The notes under the pieces: model-generated
Databases searched by the model: none
Told to the model about the DNA's origin: nothing
Seen by the model: the letters and a program-made list of their open reading frames with translations, nothing else
Source of the DNA: Candidatus Eiseniibacteriota bacterium
GTDB taxonomy: Bacteria; Eisenbacteria; RBG-16-71-46; CAVPCR01
Reading direction: 5' to 3'
DNA length: 64,000 nucleotides
Assembly (NCBI GenBank): GCA_963823555.1
Contig: CAWGMA010000001.1
Coordinates: forward strand, 736,001 to 800,000
Shown: positions 47,937 through 57,530 of the stretch, piece by piece
Position numbering within the stretch: the first letter of the stretch is position 1
How the letters are laid out: each line of letters begins with the position of its first letter
Position numbers and translations under genes: made by a program

Positions 47937-50392
47937 GCGGGTCGCGGCGGTCCAGCGACGCGTCCCGGCCCGGGGAGTCGAGGCCCCTGCCGCCGCCACG
48001 AGGCGCCGTCGCTGGGATGTTCCTGCTCTCCCTCGCCGTGATCGCGCTCGAGGTCACGATCACGCGCATCTTCTCCTTCACGATCTGGTACCACTACGCC
48101 TTCTTCGTCATTGCCATCGCGCTCCTCGGTCTCGGTGCCAGCGGCGTGGCAGCGAGTCTATTCGCCGCACGCATCGCCGGCCGCGAACGCGAGTGGGCGG
48201 CGGCCGGTGCCCTCGTGTTCGCCTCCGGTACCTGGATCGCGCTCCTCGTCGTGCGCGCCCTCCCGCTCGATCCGCTCGAGTTCGGTCGTGATCCGGTGCA
48301 GGCGCTCATCCTGCTCGTCCATGTGCTCGCACTCGCCGTGCCCTTCATCGGCGCCGGCTTCGCGGTGGCGGTCGTCCTCCAGACCTACCCCCGTCAGGTG
48401 GGCCGGCTCTACTGGGCCGACCTGGTGGGGGCGGCCCTCGGCGCCATCCTGCCGCTCCTCGTTCTGGCCCCGCTCGGCGCGCCGCGCCTGGCGGCGACCT
48501 GCGCCATGGTCGGAGGGGCCTCGGCTCTGGCCCTGGCCGCGGGCGTGATGCCCGGCCGCCGGATCTTCGCGGGCAGCGCGGCCGTCCTCTTCATCCTGTT
48601 GCCCCTGGCCCCGCGTCTTCTCGACATTCCGCTCGGGCCCAGCAAGGGCATCCGCGACTGGCTCGATCCCGCGACGAGCCCGCGGGCGCGGCTCGCCTTC
48701 ACCCGCTGGCATCCACTGGCTCGCGTCGATGTCGTCGAGGATGCGGTGGCGGTCACCTGGACCGTGCCCGCCACCGGCGGCGAGGTGCCGGCGGAACATC
48801 AGATCATCTACGACGGGGATGCGGCGACACCGATCATCAATATTCAGCGTGATCCCGCAGAATATGACTTTCTCGGTTCGATCCCGCCCGCGCTCCCGTA
48901 TGCCGTGGTGCGGCCCGAATCGGTACTGGTGATCGGCGCCGGCGGGGGGATCGATCTCCTGGCGGCGCTTCATGCCGGAGCGCGCTTCGTCGAGGGCGTG
49001 GAGCTGAATCCGGTCACGCACGAGCTGATGACCGGTCGCTACCGGGCCTGGTCGGGGGGGATCTACGCCGATCCGCGTGTGCACGTCGTCGTCGGCGAGG
49101 GCCGGAGCTTCGTCAGGGCGAGCCCGCGGCGCTACCACATGATCCAGATGTCCCTCATCGATACCTTCGCGGCCACTGCCGCCGGAGCATACAGCCTCTC
49201 GGAGAGCTATCTCTACACGGTGGAGGCGTTTGGAGACTATCTCGAGCACCTGACCCCGGACGGAGTGTTCGCCATCACCCGCTTCCTGCACGAGCCGCCG
49301 CGCGAGGTGCTCCGGCTCTGCGCCGTGGCCCGGGCCGCGCTCATCCGGCGCGGGGTGGCCGCCCCGGCCGGTCACATCCTCGTGGCCGCATCCGGCCCCT
49401 ACGCCACCGTGATGATCGGCGTCAGGCCATTCACGCCCGAGGAGTGTCTCGAGTTCGTGCGCACCGCGATCGCCCAGAACGCGCAGCTCATCTACGTGCC
49501 GGGGGGGCCGGTGCGCAATCCGATCGCGGAGCTCATTGCCGGTCCCGATCCCGATCGCTTCATCGCCGACTACGCGCTCCGCATCGACCCGGTGAACGAT
49601 GATCGGCCCTTCTTCTTCCAGTACGGGCGCCTGCGCGACGCGAAGCTGTTCCACACGACGACGACGCGCGACGATCTGGTGGCGCCGTCCGGGCACTCGC
49701 TGCTCCTGACCGTGCTCGTGGTGACCGGGTCGGTGGGGGTGGTCATGATCCTGTTGCCGCTGCTGGTCCGGCGGCGGCGCGACGGGTTCGGACCTCCGGG
49801 GCGGGCGGAAGGAGCGGCGGTCGTCTACTTCGTGGGGCTCGGCCTCGCCTTCATCCTGTTCGAGATCGCGGCCATGCAGCAGTTCGCGCTCGTCCTCGGT
49901 CATCCCACCTATGCGGTCTCGGTGGTCCTGTTCTCGCTCTTGCTGGCCTCCGGGACCGGGAGCCTGGTCTCGGCGCGCGCGCTCGGGGCGGATGGCCGCC
50001 GCCTCGGTCGGGTGATCGCCGCAGTCTGCCTCGTGCTCTTCATCGAGGCGGTGCTCGCGGGCCCGGCGTTCACCGTGCTCCTCGGCGCGCCGTGGCCGCT
50101 CCGGGCATTGGCCGCCATCCTGTGGGTGGCCGTCCCCGGCTTCGGCATGGGGATGTTCCTGCCGACCGGCGTGCGGCTTCTGGCCCGACGCCGCGCCGAT
50201 CTCGTCGGCTGGGCCTTCGGCGCCAACGGCTTCGCCTCGGTCGTGGGCTCGATCCTCTCCGTGCTCCTCGCCATGAGCATCGGTTTCCGGGCCACGGTGG
50301 CGATCGCGGCCCTGACCTACATCGCAGCCTACCTCGCGCTGCGCGCCGCGGATCGCAGCTCCGGGGAGAGCGCGGCGAAGCCGATGAGATAG
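47933..50392 (+). CDS. Membrane-embedded spermidine-synthase-fold SAM-dependent enzyme (paralogue 1)
   Basis: N- and C-terminal TM blocks around VLVIGAGGGIDL, VELNP, EGRSF, ESYLYTVEAF, DDRPFFF and WAFGANG. Confidence 0.8.
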   Translation: MSGSRRSSDASRPGESRPLPPPRGAVAGMFLLSLAVIALEVTITRIFSFTIWYHYAFFVIAIALLGLGASGVAASLFAARIAGREREWAAAGALVFASGTWIALLVVRALPLDPLEFGRDPVQALILLVHVLALAVPFIGAGFAVAVVLQTYPRQVGRLYWADLVGAALGAILPLLVLAPLGAPRLAATCAMVGGASALALAAGVMPGRRIFAGSAAVLFILLPLAPRLLDIPLGPSKGIRDWLDPATSPRARLAFTRWHPLARVDVVEDAVAVTWTVPATGGEVPAEHQIIYDGDAATPIINIQRDPAEYDFLGSIPPALPYAVVRPESVLVIGAGGGIDLLAALHAGARFVEGVELNPVTHELMTGRYRAWSGGIYADPRVHVVVGEGRSFVRASPRRYHMIQMSLIDTFAATAAGAYSLSESYLYTVEAFGDYLEHLTPDGVFAITRFLHEPPREVLRLCAVARAALIRRGVAAPAGHILVAASGPYATVMIGVRPFTPEECLEFVRTAIAQNAQLIYVPGGPVRNPIAELIAGPDPDRFIADYALRIDPVNDDRPFFFQYGRLRDAKLFHTTTTRDDLVAPSGHSLLLTVLVVTGSVGVVMILLPLLVRRRRDGFGPPGRAEGAAVVYFVGLGLAFILFEIAAMQQFALVLGHPTYAVSVVLFSLLLASGTGSLVSARALGADGRRLGRVIAAVCLVLFIEAVLAGPAFTVLLGAPWPLRALAAILWVAVPGFGMGMFLPTGVRLLARRRADLVGWAFGANGFASVVGSILSVLLAMSIGFRATVAIAALTYIAAYLALRAADRSSGESAAKPMR

Positions 50393-52836
50393 ATCCCGAT
50401 CGCGAGCGCCATCACGAGCGTGAAGCCGATCGCCATGGCGACCAGGAGGCTCGCAACCGAGCCGATCACCGAGAAGAGCCCGTTCGCTGCCCACGCCCAC
50501 GGCACGAGCGCCTGCCCGCGACCGGCGATGGCGCGGATGCCGAGCGGGAAGGGCATCCCCATGAGCACGCCAGGAACGGCGATGAGCACGGCGGCGAGCA
50601 CGACCCGTGGCGCCACCGGCATCGACGCCAGCGCGCGGGTGGCGCTCGGCAGGCCGACGAGAGCGAGAACGAGCACGAGCGCAAGGAGGGGCAAGACCCA
50701 GCGGAGCGCCGCCGGTTGGAGGCGCTGCCCGAGGAGGCTCCCGAGCCCGGCGCCCCCGAGGAGCGCGAACAGCACCGCCCCGAGCGCGAGGGTGGGGCCG
50801 CCGAGCGCGAGCTGGAAATGCTGGATGAGCGTGATCTCGACCGCGATGAAGGCGAGACCCAGCGCCGCGAAGTAGGCGAGCACGCGTGCGGTGAGGGCGG
50901 GCTCCCGGGTGAGCGCTGCGGCGCGCGAGCGGAGCGGGAAGACGATGAGCGTGCCCGCCAGGAGCGCGAGGACGACGAGAGCCGCGGCGAGCATCACGTT
51001 CCCGATGGGCAGCGGTCCGAACGGGGACTCCACCGTGTAATAGCCCTCGAGGCCGATGTTGAGCGGTAGCTTGCGATTGCTGAGCATGGTGGCCCAGCGG
51101 GCGTAGTTGTAGAAGAACGGGCGGTCATCGGTCGCCGGTTCGACATTGAAGAAGTAGTCCCGGCGGAAGCTCGCGGCCGCCGCCGCATCGAGGGCGAGAT
51201 AGCGATCCCAGGGCGTGCGCAGGCCGGCGGTCGGGGTCGCGAGCACATGGAAGCCCGAATCGCGAGCGAAGGTCTCGATGGTTGCCACGTCGCTCGCGGA
51301 GAACGGGGAGGGGGAGATCAGGGTCTCCGCCCACTTCTGTCCCGCGATGACGAGGATATGAGCACTGGGATCCTGGACCCCCTGGGCACGAAGGGCGCGG
51401 GCCGCGGTGGCAACGAGCTTCAAGGTCTCGCGCGGCGGCGTGAAGTAGGGTCGCGAGTAGGAGAGGACCCCGCTCGGTTCGAGACGGGAGAGGAAATCGG
51501 CGACCGCCTCCACCGTGTAGAGATAGCCCTCGGTGAGGGAGCCCGAACCGCTGGCCAGCGCGGCGAAGGTGTCGGCGCCCGAGAGCTGGATCACATCATA
51601 GGTGGCGTGTGACTGGCGCGCGAAGGCCCGGCCCTCGCCGTGGACGAGGGTGACCCGCGGATCCGTAGCGAGCCCGCCGACATACGCTGCCAGGTCGGAG
51701 CGGAGGAGACCGAGGGTGACGGGATTGACCTCGACGCCGGTGACGGCGGTCGCCCCGTGGGCGAGGGCGATCGCGAGATCGATGCCGCCGCCGAGCCCGA
51801 TCACGAGGGCCTTGGCCTGGGGTCGGATCTGGTACGGCGCCGATTGCAGATAGCTGCGCATGATCGCAACTTCTGAATATGGGCGGTCGATGCGGAGGAA
51901 GGCGCTGGGGGCGGTTCCGTCCTGGAACAGGTAGCGGTAGTGCTCGATGCCGGCCCCGGAGCGCGCGGCCGGGGCGAGCTCGCCGCCGAAATCGGGGGCG
52001 GGCCCGGTCATGTCCCGGGTGACGTCGATGCGCGCGATCGGATTCCAGCGGCTGAACCAGAAGCCGACCGCGCGCAGCGCGGGGTCGCGCTCGAAGACGG
52101 CCATCTCCTTCGAGGGCGGGGGATGGAAGATCCTGGGCGGCGCGATGAGGGTCGCGGCCAGAGCCAGCACGATCGCCAGGGCGCCGAGAAGCGGCGCGCG
52201 GCGGATCCGGCCGCTGGCGGCGCTGAAGAGAAGGGCGCCGAGAGCGGCCAGGAGCGCGGCGATGAGAATCGTGGCCTCGGCTCCCGCCCTGGTGATGAGG
52301 GCCAGCGCGAGGAGCACGCCTCCGGCCGAGGCGGCGAGGTCCACGCCGTAGACGCGTCCCGCCTCGGTCCGGTAGCGATCGAGGAGCCGGCAGATGACCA
52401 GTCCGGCCAGGGCGAAGGGCACGGCGACGAGCACGAGATAGATCAAGAGCGAGGCGAGCGGCGTCCAGTCGGCGAAGATGCGGCTCGGATTGAAACGCAC
52501 GAGCCCGCAGAGGAGAAGGGAGAGCGGCAGCGCCAGCGCGAAGGCCAGCGCTTCGCGCTCGAGGCGTCCGAGGAAGGCGGAACGGTCGCGGCGCGTTCCA
52601 TCGGGGCGTGTGCTCAGAAAGGAGCCGGCGAACCCGAAACCGAGGAGCGCAATGCCGATGATGAGCGGGGTGTAGTGGTGCCAGGTGATGAAGGAGAAGA
52701 TGCGGGTGAGGACGATCTCGCTCGCGATCACTGCGGCGGCCACCAGGGCGAGGCCGAGGAGCTCGGCGCGCGAGGCACGCAGGGTCGGTGGGGCGCCGGG
52801 GCCGGGCGCCGGGCGGATCGGATCGCGTCGGGTCAT
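50329..52836 (-). CDS. Membrane-embedded spermidine-synthase-fold SAM-dependent enzyme (paralogue 2)
   Basis: ALVIGLGGGIDL, VEVNP, EGRAF, EGYLYTVEAV, DDRPFFY and WAWAANG; start at 52836 or 52848. Confidence 0.8.
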   Translation of the reverse strand: MTRRDPIRPAPGPGAPPTLRASRAELLGLALVAAAVIASEIVLTRIFSFITWHHYTPLIIGIALLGFGFAGSFLSTRPDGTRRDRSAFLGRLEREALAFALALPLSLLLCGLVRFNPSRIFADWTPLASLLIYLVLVAVPFALAGLVICRLLDRYRTEAGRVYGVDLAASAGGVLLALALITRAGAEATILIAALLAALGALLFSAASGRIRRAPLLGALAIVLALAATLIAPPRIFHPPPSKEMAVFERDPALRAVGFWFSRWNPIARIDVTRDMTGPAPDFGGELAPAARSGAGIEHYRYLFQDGTAPSAFLRIDRPYSEVAIMRSYLQSAPYQIRPQAKALVIGLGGGIDLAIALAHGATAVTGVEVNPVTLGLLRSDLAAYVGGLATDPRVTLVHGEGRAFARQSHATYDVIQLSGADTFAALASGSGSLTEGYLYTVEAVADFLSRLEPSGVLSYSRPYFTPPRETLKLVATAARALRAQGVQDPSAHILVIAGQKWAETLISPSPFSASDVATIETFARDSGFHVLATPTAGLRTPWDRYLALDAAAAASFRRDYFFNVEPATDDRPFFYNYARWATMLSNRKLPLNIGLEGYYTVESPFGPLPIGNVMLAAALVVLALLAGTLIVFPLRSRAAALTREPALTARVLAYFAALGLAFIAVEITLIQHFQLALGGPTLALGAVLFALLGGAGLGSLLGQRLQPAALRWVLPLLALVLVLALVGLPSATRALASMPVAPRVVLAAVLIAVPGVLMGMPFPLGIRAIAGRGQALVPWAWAANGLFSVIGSVASLLVAMAIGFTLVMALAIGIYLIGFAALSPELRSAARSAR

Positions 52837-53172
52837 GCGGGGGAGCATACGGGCCCGGGCCTCCGGTTTGCCACCGGTTCGATCCGCGGCGCCTGACGGC
52901 AGGGATCGGTGCCGCCGGGGACGCTCTTGCGGGCTCAAGCCGGGCCCGCGGACGGCCGAATCCAGATTGGAGGCGGTGGGCGCACCGGTCGTCGTGGCTT
53001 GCGCGTGGCCGGCGCGGGCGTCTCGCAGCGAGCAGCCCTGAGGCGTGCGCCATGCACGATCCCTCGGGGCCTGGCCCCCGCGAAGCACCCCGACCTGGTG
53101 CATCGGCCGCTTCATCCATCGCTACCGGCAGAGTTTGGCCACAGATCCCCGACCGTGGATCGAAGCGTCCGA

Positions 53173-53188
53173 GGGCACAGATCTTGCC
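53173..53188 (+). promoter_or_regulatory. Sigma-54 promoter for pilT-pilC-pilS
   Basis: GGGCACAGATCTTGCC, exact GG-N10-GC spacing, about 130 bp upstream of pilT. Confidence 0.65.
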
Positions 53189-53315
53189 CGAAGACCATGT
53201 CTTTGTGGGGATCCGCCCGGTTCGGACGGGCGCATGGCTCATCGGGAGTCAATGCGCCTCGCGATCGAGAGGCTCGCCGGCGGAATTCAACCACGCCACG
53301 CCCTGGGCCCATTCA

Positions 53316-54467
53316 ATGCAGAAACCATCCGTCACGCCGCCGCCCGGTCAGAACCCGAACCCGGCCAAAGTCCAGACGCAGAGCCTTCGCGAACTGCTCG
53401 ATATCGCGGTCAAGAAGGGTGCTTCGGATCTTCATCTCTCGGCCGGCGTGCCGCCGATGATCCGGGTCGATGGGGATCTGCTGCCGGAGTCGCAGTATCC
53501 GCCGCTCGAGCCCTCGGACACCCAGCGGCTCGCTTACTCGGTCCTTTCCGAGGAGCAGCGCAAGCGGTTCGAGAACACGCGCGAGCTCGATATCTCGTTC
53601 GGCATCAAGGGGCTCAGCCGCTTTCGCGCCAATGTCTTCATGCAGCGCGGTGTCGTGTCGATGGCGGTGCGACAGATTCCCTACACCGTGACGCCGCTCC
53701 CGGACCTCGGTCTGCCGAAGGTCGTGTACGAGTTCATTCGCAAGCCGAAGGGACTCGTGCTGGTGACCGGCCCCACCGGCAGCGGTAAGTCGACCAGCCT
53801 GGCGGCGATGATCGACACCATCAATCAGGAACGACAGGGCCACATCATCACCATCGAGGATCCGATCGAGTTCGTCCACAACCACAAGCAGTGTCTGGTC
53901 AACCAGCGCGAGGTCGGGGCGGATACCGAGGGTTTCTCCGAGGCGCTCAAGTACATCCTGCGACAAGACCCGGATGTGATCCTGATCGGTGAGATGCGCG
54001 ACCTGGAGACGGTGATGGCGGCGCTCACCATCGCCGAGACCGGCCACCTGGTCTTCGCCACGCTGCACACCAATTCGACCTACGAATCGATCAACCGTGT
54101 GGTCGACCTCTTCCCCTCGGATCAGCAGGAGCAGGTGCTGGCTCAGCTCTCCTTCGTCCTGCAGGGGGTGATGACGCAGCAGCTCCTGCCGCGGGCGCGC
54201 GGTCGCGGCCGGATCCTCTGCTGCGAGGTGCTGGTGGCCACGCCGGCGATCAGAGCGCTGGTCCGCGAGGGCAAGATCCACCAGGTCTACAGCTTGATGC
54301 AGGCGGGGCAGAAGTACGGCATGCAGACGATGAACCAGTCGCTCTATGCCGCCATCACGCGCCGCGAGATCACGCTCGAGCTGGGGCTGGAGCGCTCCGC
54401 CGATCCCAAGGAATTGCAGCAGATGTACGACAAGGGTGGGGTGGTGAACGGGGCGATCGCCGCCTAG
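53316..54467 (+). CDS. pilT: Type IV pilus retraction ATPase PilT
   Basis: [56 protein letters not shown] and GMQTM motifs. Confidence 0.97.
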   Translation: MQKPSVTPPPGQNPNPAKVQTQSLRELLDIAVKKGASDLHLSAGVPPMIRVDGDLLPESQYPPLEPSDTQRLAYSVLSEEQRKRFENTRELDISFGIKGLSRFRANVFMQRGVVSMAVRQIPYTVTPLPDLGLPKVVYEFIRKPKGLVLVTGPTGSGKSTSLAAMIDTINQERQGHIITIEDPIEFVHNHKQCLVNQREVGADTEGFSEALKYILRQDPDVILIGEMRDLETVMAALTIAETGHLVFATLHTNSTYESINRVVDLFPSDQQEQVLAQLSFVLQGVMTQQLLPRARGRGRILCCEVLVATPAIRALVREGKIHQVYSLMQAGQKYGMQTMNQSLYAAITRREITLELGLERSADPKELQQMYDKGGVVNGAIAA

Positions 54468-54504
54468 CGGCGGCCGCAAGCCGGATATCGAGGAGGTCAG
54501 CGAC

Positions 54505-55713
54505 ATGCCTAGCTTCATCTGGAAAGGGCGGACACTCGCCGGGCAGACCCAGTCGGGGGTGGTCACCTTCGACAGCCGCGACGAGGTGCTCAACTTCCTG
54601 CGCAAGAACCGCATCATCGTCCAATCCCTGCGCGAGAAGCCGGCCGGCTTCCAGATCAAGCTGCCGTTCAAGCAGGGCGTGGGCACGCGCGATCTCGCCA
54701 TCTTCACCCGGCAGTTCTCGACGATGATCGACTCCGGGCTGCCGCTCGTGCAGTGCCTGGAGATCCTGTCGAAGCAGACCACCAAGCCCCACTTCCGGAA
54801 GGTCATCGAGCAGACGACCACCGATGTCGAGTCCGGATCGACGCTCAACGAGGCGCTGGCCAAGCATCCCTCGGTGTTCGACGGCCTCTACGTCAACATG
54901 GTCAACGCCGGCGAAGCCGGAGGCATTCTCGATACCATCCTGGCCCGTCTGGCCACCTATATCGAGAAGACCGACAGCTTGAAGCGAAAGGTGAAGAGCG
55001 CGCTGACCTACCCGGCGGTCGTTCTCACCGTGGCCATCGGTGTCACCGTCTTCATGCTGACGGCGATCATCCCCACCTTCGCCAAGCTGTTCTCCGATTT
55101 CGGCGCCGACTTGCCGCTCCCGACGCAGATCGTCGTCTCAATGAGCAATTTCCTGCGGGCCGCATGGTGGGCGATCCTGATTGCCATCGGGGCCAGTATC
55201 TTCGCTCTCAAGAACTTCTACAAGACGGACCGCGGCCAGCACGTCATCGACCGGCAGATGCTGCGGATCCCGGTCCTCGGCGACGTGCTGCGCAAGGCAT
55301 CGGTGGCTCGCTTCACGCGCACGCTCGGCACCCTGGTGGCGAGCGGTGTCCCGATCCTGAAGGGGCTCGAGATCACCGCCGAGACCGCCGGGAACATCAT
55401 CCTGTCCGATGCCATCAAGGAAACTCGGAACTCGATCGGACAGGGAGAGACCATCTCCGGTCCGCTGGCCAAGTGCGATGTCTTCCCGCCGATGGTGGTG
55501 CAGATGATCGCCGTCGGCGAGGAGACGGGTGCTCTCGATCAGATGCTCAACAAGATCGCCGATTTCTATGATGACGAGGTGGATACCGCCGTCGCCACGC
55601 TGACCTCGGTGATCGAGCCGGTCCTCATCGTCATCATGGGCGTCATCGTCGGCGGCATGGTGATCGCCATGTACATGCCGATGTTCGAGATGGTCTCGGC
55701 CATCACCCAGTAA
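54505..55713 (+). CDS. pilC: Type IV pilus platform protein PilC
   Basis: FTRQFSTMI, GEAGGIL, VKSALTYP, GEETGALD and AMYMPMF motifs. Confidence 0.97.
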   Translation: MPSFIWKGRTLAGQTQSGVVTFDSRDEVLNFLRKNRIIVQSLREKPAGFQIKLPFKQGVGTRDLAIFTRQFSTMIDSGLPLVQCLEILSKQTTKPHFRKVIEQTTTDVESGSTLNEALAKHPSVFDGLYVNMVNAGEAGGILDTILARLATYIEKTDSLKRKVKSALTYPAVVLTVAIGVTVFMLTAIIPTFAKLFSDFGADLPLPTQIVVSMSNFLRAAWWAILIAIGASIFALKNFYKTDRGQHVIDRQMLRIPVLGDVLRKASVARFTRTLGTLVASGVPILKGLEITAETAGNIILSDAIKETRNSIGQGETISGPLAKCDVFPPMVVQMIAVGEETGALDQMLNKIADFYDDEVDTAVATLTSVIEPVLIVIMGVIVGGMVIAMYMPMFEMVSAITQ

Positions 55714-57488
55714 TGACGGACACAACGAGCACGGATCGCTTGCGGGCCCTGCGCACCAACCTGCGCAGGGCCCGCGCGCGTGCTGAGCGGGCTGTCGAAC
55801 CCGAGCTCCTGGTGAGCCGCCCGCTGGCTGTGATCGCGGCTCGAGCCGCGGTGATGACCCTCGTCACGGTCTTCGCCCTGGCCTTCGATGTGGGGAGGGC
55901 GGGAACCGGCTCTTCCCTCGGGTTCCTGGTCGTTCTCGGCGCGTCCTACCTGACCACGGGAGCCGCGTTCTTGGTCGCACGCCGGGGGGTCAGCCGTGCT
56001 CTTCTCCTGACGCTCTTCGTCGTCGACGTGCCCCTGACGACCGCGGTCGTCCACCTTACCGGCGGCATCGAGAGCCAGTTCGTCGTCCTCTATCTCTTCC
56101 TGATCCTGGTGGCCGGGATCGTGCTCGCCGGGCGCGGGGGGTTGGTGGTCGGCACGGCGGCGGCCGTGGCCTATGTGGCCCTGATCGTTCTCGAGGCCGG
56201 GGGCTGGATCGCGGCCATCGGGTATGCCGGGGCCGAGCCGCGGGCCTTCGGTGTCCACGGCAGCGTGGATCTGATCCAGGTCGGGCTCTACGTCGGCATG
56301 TTCGTCGCGGTCGGTGCCTTCGCCGGCGCTGCCGGGCGCTTGCTCCACGAGCGTGTGAGCGCGCTCGAGCTGGCCAATCGCCGGCTGGCGCGCGCGCGCA
56401 TCGACACCGCCTTCGTGCTGACGCAGCTCGGGAGCGGGCTCCTCTCCCTGGACGAGGACGGCCACATCCTGCATTTCAACCGGGCCGCAGGCGAGATCCT
56501 CGGCCTGGATCCGGCGGCGATCGTCGGCCACCCCCTGGCCGCGCTCGGCCCGGGCGCGCAGGCCTTCGTCGGCTGGATCGAGGAAGCACGGCGTGGCACG
56601 GTGCCGCTCATGCGCCAGCATGTCGACATCACGACCCCCGCCGGTCTCACCATGCCCATCGGGATGAGCGGCTCTCGCGTCGGCCAGCATGGGCTCATCG
56701 TCGTCTTTCAGGATTTGACCCTGGCCCGGCGCGAGGAGGCCGAGCGTGCCCGCAAGGAGAAACTGGCCGCGATCGGCGGGCTGGTCGCCGGCATCACGCA
56801 CGAGATTCGCAACGGCATCCGTCCCATCGCCGGCTCGCTCGACGTGCTCAGGCAAGAATCGGCGATGACCGGTCAGAATCAGCGCCTACTCGACATTGCC
56901 GCCCGCGAATGCACGCGCGTCGGTCGCTTCATCCAGGCGCTCCTCGACTATGGGCGGGTCACGCCGCTGGTGCCGGCTCCGGTGGACCTCTGCGAACTGC
57001 TCGCCGAGGTGGAGGAGCTGGCCCGCATCGAAGGGGGAGACCGCATCCGCGTCGTGATCCGCATCGATGAGTCGGCGCGCGGACTCACCGCTCTCATCGA
57101 TCGCGAGCAGATGAAGCAGGTGCTGGTGAACCTGGTCCAGAACGCCATCGAGGCGATGGGAGCGAGCGGAGGCGAGCTCCACCTCGGGCTCGCCCGCGAG
57201 GCGGAGCATGTCCCGGGCGAGTCCGCCGCCCGCATCGCGGTCGCCGATACCGGGCCTGGAGTGCCTGCGGACATCGCCAGCCGCATCTTCGAGCCCTTCT
57301 TCACCACCAAGCCGGGCGGCACCGGATTCGGGCTCGCCATCGCCGCCGGCATCATCGAGCGGCACGGTGGATCGCTCGAGATGGCGGCCGATCGCTCCGG
57401 GCGCGGCGCCACATTCCTCATCCGGCTCCCCGAGCGCGCCTCCCTCGCCCATCCCGAGCTCGCCGAGCCGATCCCCGCGAGGGCGTAG
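55713..57488 (+). CDS. pilS: PilS-type membrane sensor histidine kinase with PAS domain
   Basis: TM block with LTGGIESQF, THEIRN, NLVQNA, DTGPG and FEPFFTTK..GTGFGL motifs. Confidence 0.85.
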   Translation: MTDTTSTDRLRALRTNLRRARARAERAVEPELLVSRPLAVIAARAAVMTLVTVFALAFDVGRAGTGSSLGFLVVLGASYLTTGAAFLVARRGVSRALLLTLFVVDVPLTTAVVHLTGGIESQFVVLYLFLILVAGIVLAGRGGLVVGTAAAVAYVALIVLEAGGWIAAIGYAGAEPRAFGVHGSVDLIQVGLYVGMFVAVGAFAGAAGRLLHERVSALELANRRLARARIDTAFVLTQLGSGLLSLDEDGHILHFNRAAGEILGLDPAAIVGHPLAALGPGAQAFVGWIEEARRGTVPLMRQHVDITTPAGLTMPIGMSGSRVGQHGLIVVFQDLTLARREEAERARKEKLAAIGGLVAGITHEIRNGIRPIAGSLDVLRQESAMTGQNQRLLDIAARECTRVGRFIQALLDYGRVTPLVPAPVDLCELLAEVEELARIEGGDRIRVVIRIDESARGLTALIDREQMKQVLVNLVQNAIEAMGASGGELHLGLAREAEHVPGESAARIAVADTGPGVPADIASRIFEPFFTTKPGGTGFGLAIAAGIIERHGGSLEMAADRSGRGATFLIRLPERASLAHPELAEPIPARA

Positions 57489-57530
57489 CTCGAGCCGCAC
57501 GCGCCACCGCGACTGCGCTACACTGCGGTC

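Noticed and set aside
45669..50500. Long minus-strand ORFs 45669-47999 and 48158-50500
   Set aside because: Mirror frames of the yfhO and speE-like genes, with no recognisable motifs
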